This document shows, piece after piece, positions 38,339 through 50,999 of a stretch of 64,000 bases of DNA (positions are counted from its first letter, which is position 1; every line of letters begins with the position of its first letter). The notes under the pieces were generated by a model. The model was not told the origin of the DNA. It worked only from the letters and a program-made list of their open reading frames with translations, and did no database searches. The position numbers were made by a program, and so were the translations under genes. The DNA comes from the human T2T-CHM13v2.0 reference genome, Homo sapiens. The stretch lies in assembly GCF_009914755.1 (NCBI RefSeq), contig NC_060942.1; one strand, 5' to 3'.

Positions 38339-38662
38339 GTCACCTCACTGAGGATACCAAACAGAAAGATAAACAGAAAGATGGAAAGGATCGCCCATGA
38401 TATCATGGAGCTCTAGAATTAATACTCTGTCTCATTGCTTCTTGTTGTGTCAAACAATGAATTGCCTTAATGTTTCCAATACTTTGAGTGAGAGTTCTTG
38501 CTACTTGCAGCTAAACACATCCTGATACTGCAGCTGGAAAGCGAGGGCCAGAGAGGTTTCATTTTTCTTGTTGGTGTCCCCAGATAGTAAGTGATAGACC
38601 CGGAACAAGAATACTGGCTGCTTTAAACTAAGAACGCTTAAGTTTCTAGTTAGACAAAGTGT
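38339..38662 (+). repeat. Local direct duplication, copy 2
   Basis: Same sequence plus a 12-bp internal tandem duplication (aaacagaaagat). Confidence 0.95.
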
Positions 38663-39109
38663 CTAACCCCTCACCAGCAGTGTAGGGATTCACTGCAGCT
38701 ACTCTCTGCCTGTGGTCTTCTACATGTAAATCTGGGTTCCTCACACAGACTCACCTTTCCTTTGGGGATCTGATTAATTCTCAGACATTTTTAAAGCCCA
38801 GGAACTAATGGAGAACCAGAAAAATAATTACCATCTGCCCAGTTTACAGTCATGGTTTTGTTTTATTTCAATTCATCTCAGAATCCTGTGATTTTGAGTT
38901 GTGTTCAAATTAAATCTATTCTTTAGAATTATGGACCCACATGTAAAGAACCATAGACCTCAACATTAATCCTGTCCAATTACTCCATCTTTGCTTCAGA
39001 ACATTCAGAGCTCATTGCCAGAAAACTCTTCCAAACACTGGGACAAAATTTTTCTTCCTGCCTCCTTTACCCATAGGTTGTAGTTCTGCCTGCTGGTGCC
39101 TTCCTGAAC

Positions 39110-39290
39110 AAATACATTTCCTCTTTCACAAGCCAATCCCTCAGATATTTTAAGACTGCTACCTTGTAACCCAGAATTTTCTCTTCCCCCTGCTAAACAT
39201 CCTCATTTCCCTTAGCTGTAAAGCCAGGAGCCTGGGTCCAAATCTGCTCAGGAATCTGACCAGTCTTCTCTATAAGTGGGCTCCAGGAAT
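39110..39290 (-). mobile_element. Possible L3/CR1 fragment
   Basis: 'ttttctcttccccctgctaaacatcctcatttcccttagct' resembles the antisense CR1 3' ORF2 motif. Confidence 0.4.
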
Positions 39291-40539
39291 TATGAGAAAC
39301 TTAATTGAACATGAATCTTCCCAAACTTCCCTCAAACTCATGTGTTTTGTAAATTTCCATTGAACAGCACTTTCTTTTTTGGGCTTATTCCCTATGACCC
39401 TTTGGAAAGATATGAACTTAATTGGGTTCCTATAATTCCATTTATTTGGGTCTTTTTTTCCTAGAAAATATTTGCTTCCCAGTAAAAATCAGAATAGGAC
39501 CAATTTGCTACACCAAGGAGCCCAGTTTTCTTGCTAACATCATTAGCAATGGGGCTGTTTTGATAAAGGCCAATTTTATCTACAATTAACACCCAGCATC
39601 TGATTTCAGATGCAAGCTAAATGTTGTCACATCTATTTAAAAATACATGAATGTCCCATTAATATGTGTGAACCTCTTATGAGTAAACTCAAAATTTCCC
39701 TGTGGCAAAGGAAGGTGATCAAAAGCCTCAGAGAGCAATTTCAATCAATACCAAGAATGAATAATATTGCCTTAATCTTAAAAGAGTCCCTGTAACCAGA
39801 GTCACTGAAGGCACAGCCTCTTGGTGAAGATTTCAAACAATAACTAATCAATCAACAATAATTTTTGAGGACCTACTTTGTGCAATGCAAAATAATAACT
39901 TGGCCTGGACACAGAACATCAAGACTGACACAAGCCTACCCTGGATTTTGCCATCTGGTTGTGGAGCTAAGACAACACATCTGCCTTGGCACCAATGAGG
40001 CCACACCTACTAAGTACCAACACATGGAGCAGATCATCAGTGCAGAAGCCTTGTAGATGTCCCCATTTACAGCTAACATGTGAGTGCTTGCTATATGCTC
40101 ACAGGGCTATGGACATTATTTCCTTTACACACTCCAGCAGCTTGACTTGGGAGAGAAGTGAGTCAATGCAAGATGGTGACTCTCCGTCAGATCTTCCTGG
40201 AATGGGAGAGGATAAGACCCCAAACCAAACTGTAGGGTGAAAAACTTCCCCTTGTGAGTAGCTCCCAGAGCTAAACAGATGACACTGAGCCCCAAACATC
40301 TGAGCAGAGTGGAGAAGGGAAAGGAGGAGAGGAGGCCCAGCAGGGTGCTGTGGGCAGAGGGACTGCGGTGGCATCAGGCTGGAAAGTGCCTGGGGGAGAT
40401 GACCCCTGAGACTGTTGAAAGTGAGGGCAATGTCCTTGGCAGAATGGGAGGTCAGGGCCCTGCGCTCCCACTCCAAAAGTCATGCCCCCTCCCAATCCCA
40501 TCCTTCTGAACTCCAGAACCAGAGTGAGAAGTGACCTTG

Positions 40540-40692
40540 ATATTCTTCTACCAGCCCTCCATTTTGAAGCTGAGGACATCATAGTCCAAGAAAATGAAAT
40601 AATGTGGGCATATCACCTTGATGCTTCTCACTTAGACTGGGATTAAGCGCAGGCTTCTAATTCTCAGTCCGATCCCTTTCCACTGAATCACA
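40540..40692 (-). mobile_element. MIR (MIR3/MIRc-like)
   Basis: 'ccattttgaagctgagga', 'ttctaattctcagtccgatccctttccactg'. Confidence 0.6.
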
Positions 40693-41268
40693 CTCTCTCC
40701 CAAACCAGGTTTCTCTTCAGCATTTCCCATCTTCTCCTCCCCTTTCTCTCAGTTTCTCACATACAGGAGGGCTTGTGGTGCCCTGTCTACACACTGAAAT
40801 CAATAGCACCTTACACAAAAGCCCGTTAGACTGCCATGACTCAAAACTTACATGGGAAGGGAAATAAGCTTTGTGCATAAGTAGCTATAAATAAAAGCCC
40901 AAAACTAGTGAAAGTTTCTAGATCTCCTTTTTATTTAAATGTTCCTCATTTATATGCAACCAATTCACAAAAGCCCACACACCAATCTGTAATGCACCTG
41001 GTATTGTGAGAAATTGCCAGTTTGGTAGTGTCATGTTTTTTCCCCCCACAATAAAAACTGCACAAGTTCATGTCCTTAGGGTGCAACAATCTCTTTTCCT
41101 TTTTTTTTAAATGACTCCCCAAAACAAGTAGGTTTACAAAATATAACAAATGAAATAGGTTCTAGTCCCAGTCTTCTACCAACACCCATCCAGGTATATT
41201 TTAGAGTGAGGATATCTAATAGCTCTCTCTGATGTGGCTTTGTACCACACTCGTACCAAACCACAATC

Positions 41269-41762
41269 TGTGTTAGCCTGCAAGAGCTGCCATAACAAAG
41301 TGCCAAAGACTGAGTGGCTTAAACACAGACATTTATTTTCTCATTGTTCTGGAGGCTGGAAGTCTGAAATTAAGGTGTCAGTAGGGATAGGATCTTCTGA
41401 GACCTCTCTCCTTGGCTTGTAGAGGGTTGTCTTCTCCCTGTGTCTTCAACTGGTCTTCTGTTTGTGTGCATCTGCATCCTAATCTTCTCTCCTTATAAGG
41501 GCACCAGTTATACTGGATTACAGCCTACCCTGCTGATCTTTTTCTAACTTAATTACCTCTTTAAAGACCCTATCTCCAAATACAGCCATATTCCGAGGTG
41601 CTGGGAGTTTGGACTTCAACATATGAATTTGAAAGGAGCACGCTTCAGCCCATAACACTCAGGCCTCTGACTACCCCCAAATTCATGTCCTCACATGCAA
41701 AATACATTCAACCCATACCAACAGCCCTGAATATCTTAACCCTTTTCACCATCAACTCAAAG
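41269..41762 (-). mobile_element. MLT1A/B LTR (41269-41657) with adjoining MLT1-internal 3' piece (41658-41762)
   Basis: Antisense LTR tgtgttag..gctgccataacaaa ... cagcccataaca, followed by 'cccccaaattcatgtcctcacatgcaaaatacattca', typical of MaLR-int. Confidence 0.88.
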
Positions 41763-42718
41763 GACTCTACCTAGAGCAGCTTTTAGGGCTGGCATTTGAA
41801 GAGGCAGAGAGGAATTAAAATAATGTGCCATTTCTCATCTGGGACTGGAGTTTAGGCCTGGCTTCCAGCACCAGGAGAGAGGCTTTGGCTAACAGGGTTA
41901 TTTCCGCTGGAGAGATGTGGGACTGTCCTGTGGGGTTCTGCAACTCTGAACACTTTCAGAAAGGAGTCTGTTTCTCCTGAATCACTGCACAAAAGCTTCA
42001 AGGGTGAAGTGGTAAAACGTCTATGGAGAATGCATCTCCTATTGCCTCTTGTTCAAAAGGAACTGATCTTCTCTCTTCTAGGAAAGGAATACAGAGAGCT
42101 GATTCAGCTTACCAAGGGTAAAAATAGCTAAGTGGACAGCTTGAGCGAAACTTAGCAGTTCACCTGTTTTTCCTGTTATCGACTGCAGAAGAAAGTGTAT
42201 CAAGGACTGCAAAGTTAGAAGCCACTGTAAAATCAGGGCTCTGTGTAAAAACCCTCTATCTGAAATTGAGAAGAGATGGCAGGCTGAAAATAGACAGCTG
42301 TTTCAGATGCTTCTCCTTGAACAGCTGCCAGGGGACCAGCAGTCAACAGGAAGCCTCGATGGCACTAGTTCGGGGAACGCACTGTAGCACGTGGCTGTCA
42401 GTGGGATTCCATCAGATCACACCCAAGGGGAAAAGGCTCGGGCTTCCCGTCATCATTTGCCAACTTTCCAAAGTTCAGTGTTATTTTCAGGCTAGGCCAA
42501 AGTGTAGTTGTGGGTCAAGTTCATTTTTGGTGGTGCAGGGCTGGGAACCTTTTCCATAAAGATCCACTTACTTAGACATCTATGACTTCTGAACTCTAAC
42601 ATTTGAATTTACAATTGAGTCCTTCAGCCCGGCTGACCATAGGCAAGCAGAACTTCCAGGAGGGTGAAAATAGAGAGATGAAGACAACCTTCATGAGCTG
42701 TGCCGCTGCAATGACAGT

Positions 42719-42857
42719 AAGCAGCGGGGGCTCACTCCTGTAATCCTAGCATTTTGGGAGGCCAAAGCGGAGGCTCGCTTGAGGCCAGGAGTTTGAGGCC
42801 AGCCTGGGCAACATAGCGAGACCCCATCTCTGCAAAAATATAAATTTTAAAAAAAGA
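42719..42857 (+). mobile_element. FLAM_C / free left Alu monomer
   Basis: A single monomer with A tail. TSD aatgacagt (42710-42718 / 42858-42866). Confidence 0.88.
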
Positions 42858-42948
42858 AATGACAGTCTACAATCAGTTCTACTGAGGTGTGAAATAGCCA
42901 TGTTAGGGATTTGATAAGGGAGGAGGGCTTTGGGGCTTAAGAAAAAAA

Positions 42949-42950
<2 letters not shown>

Positions 42951-43001
<51 letters not shown>
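42951..43001. repeat. (AC)n microsatellite, one interruption
   Basis: Seen directly. Confidence 0.95.
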
Positions 43002-44189
43002 TTCCTTTTTAAAGAGAGACAAGAGACAACTTGAGACTAACAAACATGCCCCAGTTTGCCCATCCTCAAACATTATTAGATGAGTCTGTCATGTTGACAA
43101 ATAGCCCCCACTAACAACAGGCCCAGCAGACAGCAAACACAGCAGTGTGTTCGATTCCCACTCCTCTCAAACGCAAATTGTGGAACACAGGAGGCCTGTA
43201 CAGTGCACACATGTGGTCTAAAAATACCACGCCTGCCTTGTCTTTGTAGGGATTGCTTCCCAGGCGACAGAGGCCCTGAGGCCTAGGACCTACCCAGGGG
43301 AGGGGCAGGGGCCTCCGCCTGCACCAGAGCTAATTACTGGAGGACCTGGGCAGGCAGCTGCCGGGCCCTGCTCCCCATTTGTGAGCACGTTGCAAGGCAG
43401 TAGTTCTAACTTTAGAACCGCACTCTAAACTTTGATCTCCCATTGCGGCCTGGCTTTAGGCAAAACATAAACTTGAGAGCTGCAACATATTTTTTAAATC
43501 TTATTCCCTGGTACTTTAAGAACAAGGACAGGAATTATTTTCAAATGAGAATCTTTGACTGCATAACACAGGCTTCCAAAATTAAGCAGAAACACATGGC
43601 AGCTCTTATTATTAAATTTCCCTTGGAAAACAATGCTTTAAATTATGGGGAGGGGGGATAGTTTGATAAAACTTTGAAATGTGAAGCTTAAAGTTTAAAA
43701 TAAAAAATGACTGTAGTGTTTTGTTTTCTTTAAAGATTATTATGGAGTTTTTCTAGCTTTGCCATTATTAATCAATTTCTACCAATGGTTAAAATTGAAT
43801 GCTTGGGGTTCGAAATATAAATGACTATTTTTCAAGCTGAAATCAGGTGCTAAGGGGCTTTTTGAAGTACAGAGAGAAATTTGGACTGCCCAATTGAAGC
43901 ATCTCTCCATAAAACATATTTCTAAGAAAATAATGAAGGTGAAATTTAACTGTATCATAGTCTTTACCTGATTCTGTGTAGAATTCAGCAAGAAACAGAA
44001 ACCTTCTAAAAAAGCGTGCTTGTGCCACAATTAGGGCCAGCCACTGGCATCTTCTATTATCAAAATAAATCAAAACACAGCTTTCCTCTTCTCCCTAAGC
44101 CATTCTCAGAAAGGATTTGGGCAAGAAGATGTTCTTAGAAACTGCACTACCATCTCAGACCTCCCAGGCACTATTTAATTCTCCCTTCC

Positions 44190-44447
44190 CTTCAAGGACT
44201 AAATCAATTACTACCTTCTCAATGAAGCCTTTCTGATCACCTCATTTAAAAGTTTCCCATGTCCCAATCAGCCCACATCCTTACTGTGCGTAGTGCCCAT
44301 TTGGAACTTATTATTTCCTGTTGGATGTGGTTAGTGATCTTAGGAGTGTGTCTCTTCCCTTCGCAGCTACCTTATAAACTCCATGGTGATAAGAATCAGC
44401 GCTTTCTCTTTTTTGCATACCCCGTTGGGCCTAGCTCAGTGCCCTGA
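44190..44447 (+). mobile_element. L2 3' fragment
   Basis: 'accttctcaatgaagcctttctgatcacc', 'tataaactccatg..gggcctagctcagtgcc'. Confidence 0.6.
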
Positions 44448-45206
44448 ACCAGTGGCTGGGTTCCTGCACCGAAGACTGCAGGGGATACAAGCAGTGCTTA
44501 GTAATGACAAGAAGTTATCTTCTAGCATCACCCAGGGGATGCCCTGGGGAACAAACACAAAGGAAGAAAAGAAACCCCAAACTACTTCCACTCCCCTTCC
44601 CACTCATGGCCTCTAACAGTGCCTGGCTGTGCTAATGGAGGTGAGGCAGCCTGCTGGGCTCACAGCAAAGTGGTAAATTCTACTATCAAGGCTCAGCTTG
44701 ATGCAGAAATGAAAGGAGAGGAGGAAGAAATTGTCCCCACTCTGATTTTGCAAATGACTTTATTTTTTGACTTCTGTCAGTTTTCATAACTCTGCTCCAC
44801 CTTCATGCCCTGGCCTGATTTTAAGCTTCTCTGATTAAAGGGATGATTTCTGTGCAGTGCATTACTGGCTGCAATAATATCCATCCCCCACCCCCACCCC
44901 CTACACACACCCACCAGTTCTCATGCCATCTTTGCAAAATTTTTGAAGCAGTATTAATACCAGTTGTAGAAAAATAAGAACATCATTCACAAAACTTGGT
45001 TTATACAACTGAATTCCAGTTTGGAGAGACTTCCTTTCTCTTTATAGGAAACTTCCCTTCTTCTTTCAAACAGCCAAACCAATAAATCTCTACCCAATTT
45101 TGGGTAGAGATTTCATTGCCTGAATCATGAAGAGACATCACAGGTTCAGAGGAGAGAACTTTGCCCAGGTGAATGTGGAAAAAATAGATGCCATCTGTGA
45201 TTTAAG

Positions 45207-45352
45207 GCCTTGTTATTCACAGTGTGGTCCACAGACCAGTGTCATCACCTGGGAGCTTGTTAGAAATGTAAGAATATCAGTTTCCTCTCCAGATCTACTG
45301 AATCAAAATCTTCATTTTAACAGGATCCCCAGAGATTTCTATACACATTAAT
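45207..45352. mobile_element. MER5A
   Basis: 'agtgtggtccacagaccag..catcacctgggagcttgttagaaatg..ctactgaatcaaaatc..cattttaacaggatcccc'. Confidence 0.9.
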
Positions 45353-45643
45353 ATGGATTAGAATATCTCATAAAAACTGTCTCCCCATCAAAAAGCCTTC
45401 TCTCTCCAATTTGTCATTCCTGGCCTGAAATGCTCATTGTAGAGATGAACAAGATGAGGGTGAGCCATGCTTCTGTCACCTTTAAATTGGAAGTTCACCC
45501 AAGAGAAATGATATATTAAGGCAAATCAGATACTGGTACTGAGGTGCTCCTTTCTATGGGAATCTGTGTTTGAAAGTGGGAAAAAAATGAGCGAATGCTC
45601 TGGACCCTCTAGGACAATATGTGCATGAGATTTGCCCTGGTCA

Positions 45644-46051
<408 letters not shown>

Positions 46052-48238
46052 TTAGAAAATAACCTTCCCACATGGGTAACCACATCCAGGAGGGCCTGAG
46101 GGCCAGAGAATAGAATGAGGACACCAGTGACAGTGAAATGGGCCACAGGGAGGGAGAACAGAGCCAAGACCCGAGATACTGGCTGTGGTTCCATGCTGGG
46201 GTACCTGGGGACAGGTGCTTCTGTAAACAGAATTCATCCAAAAAGCCCGGAAACAAAAAAGTCCTCAGTCTTCATCCATCTGCGGGTATATAAGGGGTCA
46301 GAGTTACACTAGTGATGGTTTCTACTACCTCACTAAACCCTGCTGGTTCCGCCAAACCATCCCTATTGTGAGTTCCTTCTGCCATCTTGCATTTTTCTGG
46401 GAGACTCCAGGAGCTATCTCAAATCTATGAGGCATCAGACTGTTTCTTGCTCTGCTCTAGGGTGCAGTGCCCTGTCCATCCTCCCAAAGACAGATGCTCA
46501 TGTCCTTGTGGCTCAACAGCAACCCCATAAGCTACTTCTAAGACCAAAGGTAAAGGTCCAATCCACCCACCCCTTTGTGTATTGTTATGTTAGAGAGATA
46601 CCTTAGCTGAGCTGTGGATAACAAGGGTAGAGCTCAGTGAAACCTCCCTTCTCCCCTCCCATCCTCAGACCCACCTATGGAGCCAGTCAGCTTCAAGTGT
46701 CCTCACAGGAGCCAGTCTCTCTCCTGGACTCTACGCTACGTTCATGTAATCTGTTATTCATCCCTCCCCGTTCCCACTCTGCCAGTTCACCAGACATGTC
46801 ACTGTCTTCCTGTTTCTAATCATGGATATGGTCCGTGTTCTTTTTCCAATAAAAACAAGGATAGAATGGGGGATTGGACAGACATGGAACTGGGGATGAG
46901 AAGATAGTTGAAGGAGAGAGGTGCCACTGGACCCCTGCTCCTGACCCAGCCAAATCTCACCATGCACCACTGCAACACCCTGCTACAACTAATCAGTTTG
47001 TTAATAAACCAAGTGAAACAATTTTAAAATAAACTTCAAGGGGAACACAAAGTGACAGCAGCCCGAAGGAATAGCAGCAGTTCTACCCACTCTTGCTCAT
47101 TTGTTCATTTATTCAGCACCTAAAACAGTGTCTGGCATAAAACAAGCCATAAATATTTGCAAATGAATGACCAAATGAATGCATGAATTTAGCAAATACA
47201 GGCTTAGTGCCTGAATGTGCAAGTCCTTATGTGAGACACTAGAATGCAGCAGTAAATCAGAATCCATCCCTGCCCTGACTGAGGATCCAAGGGAAGGAAC
47301 AGATGATTCCCATTCCCATGTGTGATAAGTCATGCAAGCCAGAAACAAGGAGTAGCTGCAGGTGCACACAGGAGGGCCTGGGTGAGACCCCCATGAAGGT
47401 GGCCCAGCAGAAATGGGGCGGGGGGTGGGGGGTGAGCAGGTTATATACAGCCAAGGGCACATATGCTGAGTCACAGGGGTTTGGGGTGCCTGATAATGGA
47501 AGTGCCTTCTCTGACTTCTTGTGGCATCCCCCTGCAGGTAACAACTGTGAATATCATCAAGTCACAACCTGGGTCCCCAGCACTCTGGACTGGGTGGGGC
47601 TGGAGCTGGAGTTCCTTTATTCTGGGGATAGCTCAAGTCCACTGCCAATGGCTGACAGTCATTAATACACAGGCAGAAAAAAGAAATAAGCTGCTGTGTC
47701 TGCAGTTGGGAGGGGAGCACTGGGAAGGACAGAATGGAAGTTACTGTATCCAGATACCAGCGGCCTTTACATTTTAAACATGGAGAGGAAGGAACAGGCA
47801 GATTAAAAAGTGAAAAATGGCAGTTTACAGAGAAGGCCTAACTGTTGGAGAATGAGTACGAGATGAAGGGAAGCAGCTTTGATAGCAAACCAGGGGAATA
47901 AGGCAGTTATCTGCCAGTATCTACTGCTTCAAAGAGAAGCTCAAGCATCATCTAAGTAGTTTTACACAGGGAGTGAGACTGAGTTTGGTGGGGATTTCAT
48001 TGAGTAATGGGATAAAAATTCAGGCACTGCTCATTCAGTTCCAAGGTTCTCTTGCAACCCAGTTTTGAGCTGGAGGGAATTGTGTTTTGGTACATATTTA
48101 TGTTTGAATGCAAGCCAGCCCACATTCGACAGGCACGGAGCTCTTTCATGCTCAGAAAAGGGAAAAAAAAGTTCCTGTTCTTGTATATTCTTTCATCCTA
48201 AACCTGAGACACTTAACAAGAAGCCGGTGTTGGCAAAG

Positions 48239-48272
48239 GTGTGTGTGTGTGTGTGTGTCTGTGTGTGTGTGT
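48239..48272. repeat. (GT)n microsatellite, one interruption
   Basis: Seen directly. Confidence 0.95.
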
Positions 48273-49164
48273 CCTAACGAAATGCACATATTTGCTGCAG
48301 TGAAGGAGCCAGTTTTTCCATAAATGGCTAACAGGAATTTGATGAAGTGTTTGCAACATTAAATGTGTTGTGGGTCACGTTGTAACTTATATTGTTCCCC
48401 AGCCTCCACTTTTCCTTGTTTCCTAACCAACCTCCATCCCGCCCCACATGCCACATTCATCCAGGCCTTCAATAGGTCTGCTGTCAGTTCCCATAAACTG
48501 GCTCAGGTTGTAGAAATGGTTAGTGAAGTCGGGCATCTCAGCCATTCCCACCTCTTACTTCCCAAGGTGTCTCATGTCACCAAATTACAAATCATCCACA
48601 AGCAGAAGATCAAATCCAGGCTGACTAAAGCCATGTGGAATGTGGACACTTGGGGGCAGTTAAATACCTTACAGGTTTCTGCTGTAAGATTTGAAGCTTT
48701 GAAGGCAGAAATCAATGGCCAGATTTTCAAAGGAAAAGGTTACAGGTGTGTCCAGGTGAGCCCCAGACAGATGGATCTGTGAAAGCAAGTGCTTGTGCAG
48801 GTGCAGTGACTGCTCTGGCCATATGTCCTGTACAGACATGGGCTGCAGAGGAAGGAACAAGACTGTGAGTCAAAGAAGACAGGCCCGTGCAGCCATCCGT
48901 GCCTTACTTGTCTCCAGGTATATGGGGCAGATCTGTAAGTAGAGAATAAGAACAGCAGATGGGATTTTCCATGGGGACTCTACTTCCTACTCCAAGGCAT
49001 TCAGAAACATGGCTAAAATGAAACCAGTGAATTTGGGGCCATAGAGCTAATCTCAAAACCAAGAGAATGAAACTGCCAGGATGCATGAAGAGGGATGGCG
49101 AAGGCAGGCAGTAAGGAGGGGAAACTGAGTGGGCTCTGAATGTCACCTGCACGGTGTAGGCCCT

Positions 49165-50240
49165 CACGGCATCTTTCTGACCTCTAAATGTTGGAACACC
49201 CCAACAGGCCTGGGTCCTGCCTCCCCTGTCCCCTCTGCCACACTCTCTCTGGGTGAGCTCACTCAGCCCCACGCCTTTACATCCCATTTATGCACTGATG
49301 GCTCCTAACTCTAAATCTCCACCCCGACCCTTCTCCTGAGCTCCCGATTCAAAATCTTATGGCCTGTTCATCCTCTTGGATATCTAATAGAGCTCCCAAA
49401 GTTAATGTGTCCAAACCTGAACCCCAGATTCGCCACTATGTTCCCAAATCCCACTATGTGTTAGTCTCCCCCATCTCAGAAAGTAACCCTCCATTTACCC
49501 AAGTGGTCTGGACAAAAGTTTGGGATTATCCTCAATTCTTTTCTTTATCTCACATCCCGCATCTAATCCATCAGCAAGTTTCGTCAGCTCTCCCTGTAAA
49601 ATGCATCCCATTCCTACTTTTCATTGCTTCCACCACTACCAGCCCTGTTCAAAGCAACACCCTTTCTTTCCTTGATGACTGCAATGTTGTTGAGCTGACT
49701 GCCTTGATCCCATGCCTGCCACCTTGTGTCTTGTCTCCACACGGAAACTCAAGTGACTTTTTAAAAGTATAAATTAGATTAGCCTGCTTTCTTGCTCAAA
49801 AACTTCTGCTGGTATTTCCTACTTTTAAAATGAAGTTCAAAGTCCTAAAATAGCCTAACCTCTATTTACCACCCCCACCCCACCTCCTTCTATCTCCCTT
49901 TTGCCATTCCAGCCACACCAACCTCCTGATCACCCTTCAAAATACATCACCTTGTTCCCTCTGTGGCATCTTGATATTTGTTGCTGTATCCACCTGGAAA
50001 TCTTTCACATTGCTCGTTCCCCTGATGCACTCAAAACTCTCTAATCCCACGTTCATCTTTGCAAAGAAGTCTTTCCTGACCACAGATTCTAAAGGAGACC
50101 AACCACCATCCAGCTCTTGGATCCTCCTCTTCTCTTCCCTTCTCCTGTTCCACGCATAGGGCACATTGATCATGGTTTTTGGCTACCCAGTGTATTTTAA
50201 CATTCTTGTCCTATTTGAGAAAATTTGAGACTCCCCAAAG
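49165..50240 (+). mobile_element. L2 (L2a-like) 3' ORF2/UTR fragment
   Basis: 'cctctaaatgttgga..cccc', 'ccatttatgcactgatggctcc', 'tggatatctaatag..caaagttaatgtgtccaaacctgaac', 'atctaatccatcagcaa'. Confidence 0.85.
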
Positions 50241-50250
50241 CAGAAGGCAG

Positions 50251-50704
50251 TATAGTGAGTTTAATAGTGTTTCCCCTGATGTACATCTACCCAGAGCCTC
50301 AGAATATGACGTTAATTGGAAATAGGTTCTTTGCAGCTATAATTAGTTAAGGAGTGGAAGATGAAGTCATCCTGAATTTAGGGTGGGCCCTAATTCCAAT
50401 GACTGGCATCCTTATGAGAGAATGGAGAAGGAGATTTGGACACAGACATGAAGACATGCAGGAAAGAAGGCCACCTAGTAATGGAGGCAGGGTGACTCAT
50501 GGAGCCACAAGCCAACGGACATCAAGTACCACTGGCCCCCATCAAAAACTTTAAAAAGGCAGGGAAAGGTTCTTCTCTAGAGCCTCCAGAGGGAACAGGA
50601 CTCTGTTAACACCTCAATCTCAGCCTTCCAGCCTCCAGACTGTGAGAGAATAAAGCCATCAAGTTTGTGGTTATTAGTTACAGCAGGCTTAGGAAACTAA
50701 TACA
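50251..50704 (+). mobile_element. MLT1C/D LTR
   Basis: 'cctcagaatatgac..ttggaaatagg', 'gggtgggccctaattccaatgactgg', terminus 'taggaaactaataca'. Confidence 0.88.
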
Positions 50705-50729
50705 GCCAAACATTTCTCTAGATGCTCAG

Positions 50730-50999
50730 TAACCAGGGCACAAGACAGAGACCCACACCCCCCAGTCAGATGATTCTGCATGAGACTTCCATTGTAGATC
50801 TGAGTGCATTGAGGAGCTCACCCCCAGCAGTTCCTATCATCCCAGCTCAGGCCTCAGACATCAAGAAGCAGGAGACAAGCCATCTCTGTGTGTCCTGTCC
50901 AAAACCCTGAGCCATAGACTTCATGGGCATAACAAAATGGTTTGTGTTTGAGCCCATAAAGTTGGAGTGCTTTGTTGTACAGCAATAGTAACTGCAACA
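50730..50999 (+). mobile_element. MLT1H/I/J-like LTR 3' part
   Basis: 'gagacaagccatctctgtgtgtcctgtcc', terminus 'tttgttgtacagcaatagtaactgcaaca'. Confidence 0.7.

Noticed and set aside
43042-43061. p53/p63-like element AAACATGCCC-CAGTTTGCCC
   Set aside because: The second half-site lacks the invariant C, so it is not supportable without ChIP data.
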